From the NCBI RefSeq assembly GCF_022045235.1, contig NW_027266270.1, forward strand, positions 9,424,001-9,488,000: 64,000 bases of DNA. Direction: 5' to 3'. The stretch is from Haliotis cracherodii. Its lineage: Eukaryota. Positions 7,329 through 20,213 of the stretch are shown in pieces; position 1 is the stretch's first letter; each line of letters starts with the position of its first letter. Position numbers and translations under genes: made by a program. The notes under the pieces were generated by a model. It had not been told where the DNA came from. It did not search any database and saw only the letters and a list, made by a program, of their open reading frames with translations.

Positions 7329-8360
7329 CTAAGAATAAGTGTTCTACGGTAATGTCGTCTGTTGTCAAAACACCGAGATAATAGAGTTTGGGTGATGATG
7401 TGTTTCGGGTGTTTGATTATTTAAGGATTTACGATATACGTGTTCATTTGTCGGTGATAAATGGTATTGTGTTATTAAGGATCCATTTGGAGTCAAGTTA
7501 TGTTTAATGCGAGTGGAACTTTTAGATGCTAATGATGTAAATGTAGTAACGGTATGTTGATGGAATTATACATTATCTACCTGTATACGTACGTGAATTA
7601 TTTGCACTTGAAATATAAATGTCTAGCGTTATAGATTCCACTCACTGAAAACAGCCATTGTGATTTCCTTATTGAAATAAAATTGAACTAAAATAGTTCT
7701 GTTATTGAACAGTGTATAAATATATAACTGATCTTTTTTGTTTCAATTTTTTCAAGTGCAAGTGTGATATGACAACAAAGTTAGAGTGTCAAATGATTTT
7801 TTATTGTTCATGTGTGCAAATGACACCCTGCTATTTCAATAAAATTTGTGTCAGCCAAAGTCATTTCATCGTGTCATTCGTCAAACAAACAGTTTGCTGA
7901 ACTGAACTTTATTGTACTCCGGATTACTCGTGACACATAACCACATCATTTGGGATTGAGCGGAGGCGCAGCGATTTGTTGAGTTGAGGGCTTGGCTATA
8001 GATGATATGCACAGTGAGGAGTATTGTTTAATCATAAATTGAATGTGTGATTGTACGATTGCTGATAGATGTTGTAGACAAGCTAGTCAAGTGGTACATG
8101 TTTTTTAAACAAATTGATTGGCAATCAAGGCGCTTTGATGAACAATCTTCCAACGTGTCACATATAACTAGAACCTTTGAAAACACAAAGACCACGTGCA
8201 CATTATCAGGAAATGGCACATGAGACTTGTAGTGATGACATTATTGATACACATGGTCCGCTCTGACTTCCGAAAAGCCAGAGACAGTTGCCAGTGACAT
8301 GAAATGGTTCTGAGACAATAATGTCAATACATGTTTCCTTTGTTATTTCCAGCATTTGCT

Positions 8361-8671
8361 ATAATAGATTCTGCCACGCAATGCATTCGCGACTACGATT
8401 AGCTTGTAGTGATCTCAGCTTACACAAAGCTCATAGAATGATTTCAAATAAGTCATCCTGCTCTTGTGGCGCTACTTGCGAAACTACAACTCATTATTTA
8501 TTTGGATGTCAATATTAGTACACACATAGAAATAATATGTTTGTTATCCAATTGGATACGATCTTGTGACCGTAAGATCCTAAGTGGAATATGGAAATGT
8601 TGCAAAAATCGGTAAGTAAAAGGGTAGATTTCATTCAGTCTGTGCATCGTTACATCTGTCACATTAAATGA
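8361..8671 (+). mobile_element. Degenerate 3' fragment of a LINE (CR1/L2-like) ORF2, present in every unit
   Basis: HSRLRLACSDL..H....I....SCSCG...ETTTHYLFGC..Y..RN, then frameshifted EYGN and FIQSVHRYICHIK. This resembles the C-terminal cysteine knuckle and end of CR1/L2 ORF2; stops and frameshifts are present. Confidence 0.7.
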
Positions 8672-9977
8672 AGCAATTAGGGTTCATTGTTCAAACACAT
8701 ACTAGTATCTTATAAGCAAAACCTTCCATTGTTGAGTCGTGTTATTGAATTAACATCTGAATGCCAGGCTATATGTGCTTCCTATGAAATCACAGCTCAT
8801 ACACTGATATCCCGTGCAGAATAGCTTGTAATGGATTGGCATCAACATAAGACATGGGCTTGTTTTCCAATCCAGTTTGATTTCAAGCAATAATTTTATT
8901 TCAACCATTCTCAAATAATCATTTACGTAAAGCCTAAGAAAAGCTTCAACTTTCCACACTTTCTAATTATGGTTACATGCACGCTCAGAAAAAAAAACTC
9001 TTTAGTGTTGTATTGTCTCAGACGTACGTTTGAAATATCAAAGATCATTAAAATTTACATGTGCAACATACGTTACACCTAATTATATACAAATGAGCTA
9101 ATGACATTAACATGCGTGTTCAAGTTCTTTTTACCACGAAAGCTCTTTGCAGATACAGTTGACAACAATGTGTCCTTTATTAATGAGATAAAATATGCAG
9201 TATTTCAGCTAAATATGGAAGGAAAGCCGCAAATGGCGTACAACTTCTAAATCTAGATTCAAACCAACAAACACTGGATTCTGGACGCAACTGTGCATAC
9301 AGAAATGCGGTGGTCGAGGCCACACATGTCAACAATGAAAATGAACGGATATGTATTTGGTATTTTTGTAACATTTTATTTTCTAAAAAAAATCGTAATT
9401 CTGATTAAATCGCAGTTCCTGTAATGCTCAGTTGAAATAATATATGATAATACATGTTCTTGAATGTATTGTATCTGTTCATTGTTACAACATAAACTGT
9501 CACCATGCAAGCAATGTGGAAATGTAAAACTTAAACAGGTTCATATTTTCTGCCAATACTGTGTAATGAACATAGTAATACATAACATGTGTCGCTATTT
9601 TTATACATTCACACTGACACTGGCAAGGAACATAAGTACGATGACACTGTTAAGTACTTGTCGGTATGCTTTGTTCCTTCACATTAACAACAACGTACAA
9701 TGTGCAAGTCAAGAATCATGTTTGACAATGCTATTGTCTTCACACACAGAGTGTCTTGGTGACTTTATCTTCGTCTTCGTCAACCACAGCTTTGTGACGC
9801 TCTAAACGTTATGGGACTGAGCGACAGTGACTGGTGTCTTCTTCTTCATTTCGTCGTCTTCGTCATCTTGAACAACAGGCTTGCTGCTGTTGGTTCATCC
9901 TCTCGTTGGGAACAGAGAATGTAGTGTGGATATTGATCCTACTGTTGGGAACCTTCATGTAAGCTCGGTTGCGGTTT

Positions 9978-11429
9978 TCATCTGGTTACACACGACAGCT
10001 GGAAAAGAGTAAAGTATCCAAAATTAGAACAGCAATAAAGACTATTTGATCATCTAATATTCGAAGTTCTTTGCAGTCTATATTTATCAATCCCTTAAAA
10101 ATCATTCGGTTCCTTGAAATGTTCCTCAACCAAATCAATTACATATACGTTTATCATGCGTGTGGCCCAAGTGTGGTCAATGCCAAGAGCATCTCAAGCT
10201 ACATACCTGGCAGATGAGTTTCTGTGCTGGTCGTTTATGTTGGTAGGTCCAGGCTAAATCCAGAAGGGCTAGACCATGTCCCTGACTTTGACATCTCTGG
10301 ATAAACTGCATACAGGCCGTTCGTAGGTCGGAGAATCCAAATTCCACAGATGCACAGAGTAATCCTGAAAGAACCGAGGACATATTGTAATGTGTTTGAT
10401 AAAATATTATCATGAAGGTGAAGTTCATGTTATGGATAATTGTGTGTGTTTCGCGCATGTGTCATCACGATTAGTGGAATGGCCATACTTTTGTGTTGAA
10501 ATGAATATCCCAGTTAAACAAATGAAGATAGTACTTACCAATCACATTGTTAAAACCGATGTTAGCTTTCCCTGAGTGGACGAATTTGAGAAACGCCTGA
10601 AAGTCTCCAATCTGGTAGTCAGGAATGGTGATGGTGAGTTTCTGTGAAAAGGGTGAGTCTTTGATCTTTTTGGTCTTGGGTCGCTCAACGGAGGACTGTT
10701 TCTGATGTTGAAGCAAAAGCTGATACATGTACCTAGAGAAAAGAAAGAAAAAATTGAAGACGATATTTAAACACAAACAGTCCAAAAATTGTTCCCATGT
10801 TGAGTACATTCACAGGGTATAAGAGCCAAATGTACTCTACTTAAACATACACTTATTATTGTTCTGACCTTTTTAATGGATTATTGTTTTGTAGAATATC
10901 TTACCTGCTTCGTGTAGCCATTATGGCTTTGACTCCATGAACAGGAGCCTTCTCCTTCCCAACGAGAAAGGTGACGTCACACATCTCTGGCATGTTTAGG
11001 ATGAGGGAGAGACTGTCCTGTAAGTCCCCTGTGCTTTTAAGCATCATGACGTCACCCCGACCGGAGGACTGTGAGGGGTGAGAGCTGGATTGGCTGAAAG
11101 ATCTTGACTTCGAGGTCGTGCTGACGCCTTCATCAGAGGAGTAGTCGCTTGAGTCATAGCCTGAAGAGGTACCTTCAGCTGGAATAAGAAAACAAATCAG
11201 TTATGAAATAATATTTCATTTGTTGCAAATGTTAGTAAAGCTGAGTGTTGTTTCATGAACAAAATGTGTCCTTGAAATATACTTTGAAAAAACCATCAAG
11301 GAATTATTATCCTGATGTGATAAAAGTGAATAATGCAAATGTCTCACCGTCTGCGTCATGACCAGTGTGGTCAATAGTTTCCATGGCCGAAGAGTCCAGA
11401 AGACAAAGTCGGGAATCGTAATGATTCAT
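9978..11429 (-). CDS. BTB/POZ protein, serine-enriched protein (gprs)-like, 242 aa, copy 2; exons 11348-11429, 10905-11178, 10539-10732, 10207-10364, 9978-9998
   Basis: All introns GT-AG with pyrimidine tracts and consistent phases (1,2,1,0). Translation MNHYDSRL...SSGYDSSDYSSDEG...LILNMPEMCDVTFLVGKEKAPVHGVKAIMATRSRYMYQLL...ITIPDYQIGDFQAFLKFVHSGKANIGFNNVIGLLCASVEFGFSDLRTACMQFI...LSCVTR* fits the BTB consensus. Confidence 0.9.
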
Positions 11430-14369
11430 GTTACTTGTTGTTAGATCTTATTGATAATGAAAGACAGAACTGATATTTGGTTAAACTCGGCGAATCTAAA
11501 GATCTAAGTATGTATCTCGATGTAATGTTTCCAAGATTGGAATGCCTTCTTCCTCTACCAGACCAGCTTTATACCTTTGCGTATCACAACACAAATGACA
11601 GAGTCATTACTACAACTACATGTCAGGATTAAGTCAATGTTGACACGAAGGCTTCAGCTTAGCACATTTTGCTAGTGGCACGTGCTGCACTTGTTAATGA
11701 GCTGACATCACGTGACCAATCTAAGAATAAGTGTTCTACGGTAATGTCGTCTGTTGTCAAAACACCGAGATAATAGAGTTTGGGTGATGATGTGTTTCGG
11801 GTGTTTGATTATTTAAGGATTTACGATATACGTGTTCATTTGTCGGTGATAAATGGTATTATGTTATTAAGGATCCATTTGGAGTCAAGTTATGTTTAAT
11901 GCGAGTGGAACTTTTAGATGCTAATGATGTAAATGTAGTAACGGTATGTTGATGGAATTATACATTATCTACCTGTATACGTACGTGAATTATTTGCACT
12001 TGAAATATAAATGTCTAGCGTTATAGATTCCACTCACTGAAAACAGCCATTGTGATTTCCTTATTGAAATAAAATTGAACTAAAATAGTTCTGTTATTGA
12101 ACAGTGTATAAATATATAACTGATCTCTTTTGTTTCAATTTTTTCAAGTGCAAGTGTGATATGACAACAAAGTTAGAGTGTCAAATGATTTTTTATTGTT
12201 CATGTGTGCAAATGACACCCTGCTATTTCAATAAAATTTGTGTCAGCCAAAGTCATTTCATCGTGTGATTCGTCAAACAAACAGTTTGCTGAACTGAACT
12301 TTATTGTACTCCGGATTACTCGTGACACATAACCACATCATTTGGGATTGAGCGGAGGCGCAGCGATTTGTTGAGTTGAGGGCTTGGCTATAGATGATAT
12401 GCACAGTGAGGAGTATTGTTTAATCATTAATTGAATGTGTGATTGTACGATTGCTGATAGATGTTGTAGACAAGCTAGTCAAGTGGTACATGTTTTTTAA
12501 ACAAATTGATTGGCAATCAAGGCGCTTTGATGAACAATCTTCCAACGTGTCACATATAACTAGAACCTTTGAAAACACAAAGACCACGTGCACATTATCA
12601 GGAAATGGCACATGAGACTTGTAGTGATGACATTATTGATACACATGGTCCGCTCTGACTTCCGAAAAGCCAGAGACAGTTGCCAGTGACATGAAATGGT
12701 TCTGAGACAATAATGTCAATACATGTTTCCTTTGTTATTTCCAGCATTTGCTATAATAGATTCTGCCACGCAATGCATTCGCGACTACGATTAGCTTGTA
12801 GTGATCTCAGCTTACACAAAGCTCATAGAATGATTTCAAATAAGTCATCCTGCTCTTGTGGCGCTACTTGCGAAACTACAACTCATTATTTATTTGGATG
12901 TCAATATTAGTACACACATAGAAATAATATGTTTGTTATCCAATTGGATACGATCTTGTGACCGTAAGATCCTAAGTGGAATATGGAAATGTTGCAAAAA
13001 TCGGTAAGTAAAAGGGTAGATTTCATTCAGTCTGTGCATCGTTACATCTGTCACATTAAATGACGCAATTAGGGTTCATTGTTCAAACACATACTAGTAT
13101 CTTATAAGCAAAACCTTCCATTGTTGAGTCGTGTTATTGAATTAACATCTGAATGCCAGGCTATATGTGCTTCCTATGAAATCACAGCTCATACACTGAT
13201 ATCCCGTGCAGAATAGCTTGTAATGGATTGGCATCAACATAAGACATGGGCTTGTTTTCCAATCCAGTTTGATTTCAAGCAATAATTTTATTTCAACCAT
13301 TCTCAAATAATCATTTACGTAAAGCCTAAGAAAAGCTTCAACTTTCCACACTTTCTAATTATGGTTACATGCACTCTCAGAAAAAAAAACTCTTTAGTGT
13401 TGTATTGTCTCAGACGTACGTTTGAAATATCAAAGATCATTAAAATTTACATGTGCAACATACGTTACACCTAATTATATACAAATGAGCTAATGACATT
13501 AACATGCGTGTTCAAGTTCTTTTTACCACGAAAGCTCTTTGCAGATACAGTTGACAACAATGTGTCCTTTATTAATGAGATAAAATATGCAGTATTTCAG
13601 CTAAATATGGAAGGAAAGCCGCAAATGGCGTACAACTTCTAAATCTAGATTCAAACCAACAAACACTGGATTCTGGACGCAACTGTGCATACAGAAATGC
13701 GGTGGTCGAGGCCACACATGTCAACAATGAAAATGAACGGATATGTATTTGGTATTTTTGTAACATTTTATTTTCTAAAAAAAATCGTAATTCTGATTAA
13801 ATCGCAGTTCCTGTAATGCTCAGTTGAAATAATATATGATAATACATGTTCTTGAATGTATTGTATCTGTTCATTGTTACAACATAAACTGTCACCATGC
13901 AAGCAATGTGGAAATGTAAAACTTAAACAGGTTCATATTTTCTGCCAATACTGTGTAATGAACATAGTAATACATAACATGTGTCGCTATTTTTATACAT
14001 TCACACTGACACTGGCAAGGAACATAAGTACGATGACACTGTTAAGTACTTGTCGGTATGCTTTGTTCCTTCACATTAACAACAACGTACAATGTGCAAG
14101 TCAAGAATCATGTTTGACAATGCTATTGTCTTCACACACAGAGTGTCTTGGTGACTTTATCTTCGTCTTCGTCAACCACAGCTTTGTGACGCTCTAAACG
14201 TTATGGGACTGAGCGACAGTGACTGGTGTCTTCTTCTTCATTTCGTCGTCTTCGTCATCTTGAACAACAGGCTTGCTGCTGTTGGTTCATCCTCTCGTTG
14301 GGAACAGAGAATGTAGTGTGGATATTGATCCTACTGTTGGGAACCTTCATGTAAGCTCGGTTGCGGTTT

Positions 14370-15821
14370 TCATCTGGTTACACACGACAGCTGGAAAAGA
14401 GTAAAGTATCCAAAATTAGAACAGCAATAAAGACTATTTGATCATCTAATATTCGAAGTTCTTTGCAGTCTATATTTATCAATCCCTTAAAAATCATTCG
14501 GTTCCTTGAAATGTTCCTCAACCAAATCAATTACATATACGTTTATCATGCGTGTGGCCCAAGTGTGGTCAATGCCAAGAGCATCTCAAGCTACATACCT
14601 GGCAGATGAGTTTCTGTGCTGGTCGTTTATGTTGGTAGGTCCAGGCTAAATCCAGAAGGGCTAGACCATGTCCCTGACTTTGACATCTCTGGATAAACTG
14701 CATACAGGCCGTTCGTAGGTCGGAGAATCCAAATTCCACAGATGCACAGAGTAATCCTGAAAGAACCGAGGACATATTGTAATGTGTTTGATAAAATATT
14801 ATCATGAAGGTGAAGTTCATGTTATGGATAATTGTGTGTGTTTCGCGCATGTGTCATCACGATTAGTGGAATGGCCATACTTTTGTGTTGAAATGAATAT
14901 CCCAGTTAAACAAATGAAGATAGTACTTACCAATCACATTGTTAAAACCGATGTTAGCTTTCCCTGAGTGGACGAATTTGAGAAACGCCTGAAAGTCTCC
15001 AATCTGGTAGTCAGGAATGGTGATGGTGAGTTTCTGTGAAAAGGGTGAGTCTTTGATCTTTTTGGTCTTGGGTCGCTCAACGGAGGACTGTTTCTGATGT
15101 TGAAGCAAAAGCTGATACATGTACCTAGAGAAAAGAAAGAAAAAATTGAAGACGATATTTAAACACAAACAGTCCAAAAATTGTTCCCATGTTGAGTACA
15201 TTCACAGGGTATAAGAGCCAAATGTACTCTACTTAAACATACACTTATTATTGTTCTGACCTTTTTAATGGATTATTGTTTTGTAGAATATCTTACCTGC
15301 TTCGTGTAGCCATTATGGCTTTGACTCCATGAACAGGAGCCTTCTCCTTCCCAACGAGAAAGGTGACGTCACACATCTCTGGCATGTTTAGGATGAGGGA
15401 GAGACTGTCCTGTAAGTCCCCTGTGCTTTTAAGCATCATGACGTCACCCCGACCGGAGGACTGTGAGGGGTGAGAGCTGGATTGGCTGAAAGATCTTGAC
15501 TTCGAGGTCGTGCTGACGCCTTCATCAGAGGAGTAGTCGCTTGAGTCATAGCCTGAAGAGGTACCTTCAGCTGGAATAAGAAAACAAATCAGTTATGAAA
15601 TAATATTTCATTTGTTGCAAATGTTAGTAAAGCTGAGTGTTGTTTCATGAACAAAATGTGTCCTTGAAATATACTTTGAAAAAACCATCAAGGAATTATT
15701 ATCCTGATGTGATAAAAGTGAATAATGCAAATGTCTCACCGTCTGCGTCATGACCAGTGTGGTCAATAGTTTCCATGGCCGAAGAGTCCAGAAGACAAAG
15801 TCGGGAATCGTAATGATTCAT
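14370..15821 (-). CDS. BTB/POZ gene copy 3 (5 exons)
   Basis: Copy 2 exon structure at offset +4392; Q159. Confidence 0.88.
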
Positions 15822-18761
15822 GTTACTTGTTGTTAGATCTTATTGATAATGAAAGACAGAACTGATATTTGGTTAAACTCGGCGAATCTAAAGATCTAAG
15901 TATGTATCTCGATGTAATGTTTCCAAGATTGGAATGCCTTCTTCCTCTACCAGACCAGCTTTATACCTTTGCGTATCACAACACAAATGACAGAGTCATT
16001 ACTACAACTACATGTCAGGATTAAGTCAATGTTGACACGAAGGCTTCAGCTTAGCACATTTTGCTAGTGGCACGTGCTGCACTTGTTAATGAGCTGACAT
16101 CACGTGACCAATCTAAGAATAAGTGTTCTACGGTAATGTCGTCTGTTGTCAAAACACCGAGATAATAGAGTTTGGGTGATGATGTGTTTCGGGTGTTTGA
16201 TTATTTAAGGATTTACGATATACGTGTTCATTTGTCGGTGATAAATGGTATTATGTTATTAAGGATCCATTTGGAGTCAAGTTATGTTTAATGCGAGTGG
16301 AACTTTTAGATGCTAATGATGTAAATGTAGTAACGGTATGTTGATGGAATTATACATTATCTACCTGTATACGTACGTGAATTATTTGCACTTGAAATAT
16401 AAATGTCTAGCGTTATAGATTCCACTCACTGAAAACAGCCATTGTGATTTCCTTATTGAAATAAAATTGAACTAAAATAGTTCTGTTATTGAACAGTGTA
16501 TAAATATATAACTGATCTTTTTTGTTTCAATTTTTTCAAGTGCAAGTGTGATATGACAACAAAGTTAGAGTGTCAAATGATTTTTTATTGTTCATGTGTG
16601 CAAATGACACCCTGCTATTTCAATAAAATTTGTGTCAGCCAAAGTCATTTCATCGTGTGATTCGTCAAACAAACAGTTTGCTGAACTGAACTTTATTGTA
16701 CTCCGGATTACTCGTGACACATAACCACATCATTTGGGATTGAGCGGAGGCGCAGCGATTTGTTGAGTTGAGGGCTTGGCTATAGATGATATGCACAGTG
16801 AGGAGTATTGTTTAATCATTAATTGAATGTGTGATTGTACGATTGCTGATAGATGTTGTAGACAAGCTAGTCAAGTGGTACATGTTTTTTAAACAAATTG
16901 ATTGGCAATCAAGGCGCTTTGATGAACAATCTTCCAACGTGTCACATATAACTAGAACCTTTGAAAACACAAAGACCACGTGCACATTATCAGGAAATGG
17001 CACATGAGACTTGTAGTGATGACATTATTGACACACATGGTCCGCTCTGACTTCCGAAAAGCCAGAGACAGTTGCCAGTGACATGAAATGGTTCTGAGAC
17101 AATAATGTCAATACATGTTTCCTTTGTTATTTCCAGCATTTGCTATAATAGATTCTGCCACGCAATGCATTCGCGACTACGATTAGCTTGTAGTGATCTC
17201 AGCTTACACAAAGCTCATAGAATGATTTCAAATAAGTCATCCTGCTCTTGTGGCGCTACTTGCGAAACTACAACTCATTATTTATTTGGATGTCAATATT
17301 AGTACACACATAGAAATAATATGTTTGTTATCCAATTGGATACGATCTTGTGACCGTAAGATCCTAAGTGGAATATGGAAATGTTGCAAAAATCGGTAAG
17401 TAAAAGGGTAGATTTCATTCAGTCTGTGCATCGTTACATCTGTCACATTAAATGACGCAATTAGGGTTCATTGTTCAAACACATACTAGTATCTTATAAG
17501 CAAAACCTTCCATTGTTGAGTCGTGTTATTGAATTAACATCTGAATGCCAGGCTATATGTGCTTCCTATGAAATCACAGCTCATACACTGATATCCCGTG
17601 CAGAATAGCTTGTAATGGATTGGCATCAACATAAGACATGGGCTTGTTTTCCAATCCAGTTTGATTTCAAGCAATAATTTTATTTCAACCATTCTCAAAT
17701 AATCATTTACGTAAAGCCTAAGAAAAGCTTCAACTTTCCACACTTTCTAATTATGGTTACATGCACTCTCAGAAAAAAAAACTCTTTAGTGTTGTATTGT
17801 CTCAGACGTACGTTTGAAATATCAAAGATCATTAAAATTTACATGTGCAACATACGTTACACCTAATTATATACAAATGAGCTAATGACATTAACATGCG
17901 TGTTCAAGTTCTTTTTACCACGAAAGCTCTTTGCAGATACAGTTGACAACAATGTGTCCTTTATTAATGAGATAAAATATGCAGTATTTCAGCTAAATAT
18001 GGAAGGAAAGCCGCAAATGGCGTACAACTTCTAAATCTAGATTCAAACCAACAAACACTGGATTCTGGACGCAACTGTGCATACAGAAATGCGGTGGTCG
18101 AGGCCACACATGTCAACAATGAAAATGAACGGATATGTATTTGGTATTTTTGTAACATTTTATTTTCTAAAAAAAATCGTAATTCTGATTAAATCGCAGT
18201 TCCTGTAATGCTCAGTTGAAATAATATATGATAATACATGTTCTTGAATGTATTGTATCTGTTCATTGTTACAACATAAACTGTCACCATGCAAGCAATG
18301 TGGAAATGTAAAACTTAAACAGGTTCATATTTTCTGCCAATACTGTGTAATGAACATAGTAATACATAACATGTGTCGCTATTTTTATACATTCACACTG
18401 ACACTGGCAAGGAACATAAGTACGATGACACTGTTAAGTACTTGTCGGTATGCTTTGTTCCTTCACATTAACAACAACGTACAATGTGCAAGTCAAGAAT
18501 CATGTTTGACAATGCTATTGTCTTCACACACAGAGTGTCTTGGTGACTTTATCTTCGTCTTCGTCAACCACAGCTTTGTGACGCTCTAAACGTTATGGGA
18601 CTGAGCGACAGTGACTGGTGTCTTCTTCTTCATTTCGTCGTCTTCGTCATCTTGAACAACAGGCTTGCTGCTGTTGGTTCATCATCTCGTTGGGAACAGA
18701 GAATGTAGTGTGGATATTGATCCTACTGTTGGGAACCTTCATGTAAGCTCGGTTGCGGTTT

Positions 18762-20213
18762 TCATCTGGTTACACACGACAGCTGGAAAAGAGTAAAGTA
18801 TCCAAAATTAGAACAGCAATAAAGACTATTTGATCATCTAATATTCGAAGTTCTTTGCAGTCTATATTTATCAATCCCTTAAAAATCATTCGGTTCCTTG
18901 AAATGTTCCTCAACCAAATCAATTACATATACGTTTATCATGCGTGTGGCCCAAGTGTGGTCAATGCCAAGAGCATCTCAAGCTACATACCTGGCAGATG
19001 AGTTTCTGTGCTGGTCGTTTATGTTGGTAGGTCCAGGCTAAATCCAGAAGGGCTAGACCATGTCCCTGACTTTGACATCTCTGGATAAACTGCATACAGG
19101 CCGTTCGTAGGTCGGAGAATCCAAATTCCACAGATGCACAGAGTAATCCTGAAAGAACCGAGGACATATTGTAATGTGTTTGATAAAATATTATCATGAA
19201 GGTGAAGTTCATGTTATGGATAATTGTGTGTGTTTCGCGCATGTGTCATCACGATTAGTGGAATGGCCATACTTTTGTGTTGAAATGAATATCCCAGTTA
19301 AACAAATGAAGATAGTACTTACCAATCACATTGTTAAAACCGATGTTAGCTTTCCCTGAGTGGACGAATTTGAGAAACGCCTGAAAGTCTCCAATCTGGT
19401 AGTCAGGAATGGTGATGGTGAGTTTCTGTGAAAAGGGTGAGTCTTTGATCTTTTTGGTCTTGGGTCGCTCAACGGAGGACTGTTTCTGATGTTGAAGCAA
19501 AAGCTGATACATGTACCTAGAGAAAAGAAAGAAAAAATTGAAGACGATATTTAAACACAAACAGTCCAAAAATTGTTCCCATGTTGAGTACATTCACAGG
19601 GTATAAGAGCCAAATGTACTCTACTTAAACATACACTTATTATTGTTCTGACCTTTTTAATGGATTATTGTTTTGTAGAATATCTTACCTGCTTCGTGTA
19701 GCCATTATGGCTTTGACTCCATGAACAGGAGCCTTCTCCTTCCCAACGAGAAAGGTGACGTCACACATCTCTGGCATGTTTAGGATGAGGGAGAGACTGT
19801 CCTGTAAGTCCCCTGTGCTTTTAAGCATCATGACGTCACCCCGACCGGAGGACTGTGAGGGGTGAGAGCTGGATTGGCTGAAAGATCTTGACTTCGAGGT
19901 CGTGCTGACGCCTTCATCAGAGGAGTAGTCGCTTGAGTCATAGCCTGAAGAGGTACCTTCAGCTGGAATAAGAAAACAAATCAGTTATGAAATAATATTT
20001 CATTTGTTGCAAATGTTAGTAAAGCTGAGTGTTGTTTCATGAACAAAATGTGTCCTTGAAATATACTTTGAAAAAACCATCAAGGAATTATTATCCTGAT
20101 GTGATAAAAGTGAATAATGCAAATGTCTCACCGTCTGCGTCATGACCAGTGTGGTCAATAGTTTCCATGGCCGAAGAGTCCAGAAGACAAAGTCGGGAAT
20201 CGTAATGATTCAT
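18762..20213 (-). CDS. BTB/POZ gene copy 4 (5 exons)
   Basis: Same exon structure; Q159. Confidence 0.88.

Noticed and set aside
7712-9805. Recurring 62-113 aa ORFs in each unit
   Set aside because: Composition typical of random AT-rich DNA. Recurrence just reflects the array, and the 62-aa ORF is broken in several units. Only the LINE relic is meaningful.
10177-10809. 93-aa and 112-aa minus-strand ORFs as standalone genes
   Set aside because: They are exons 4 and 3 of the BTB gene with intronic read-through at both ends.
9900-10968. 12-bp complementarity between exon 2 (TCTCGTTGGGAA) and the 3' UTR
   Set aside because: A single 12-bp inverted match in an mRNA of about 1.4 kb is not clearly beyond chance.
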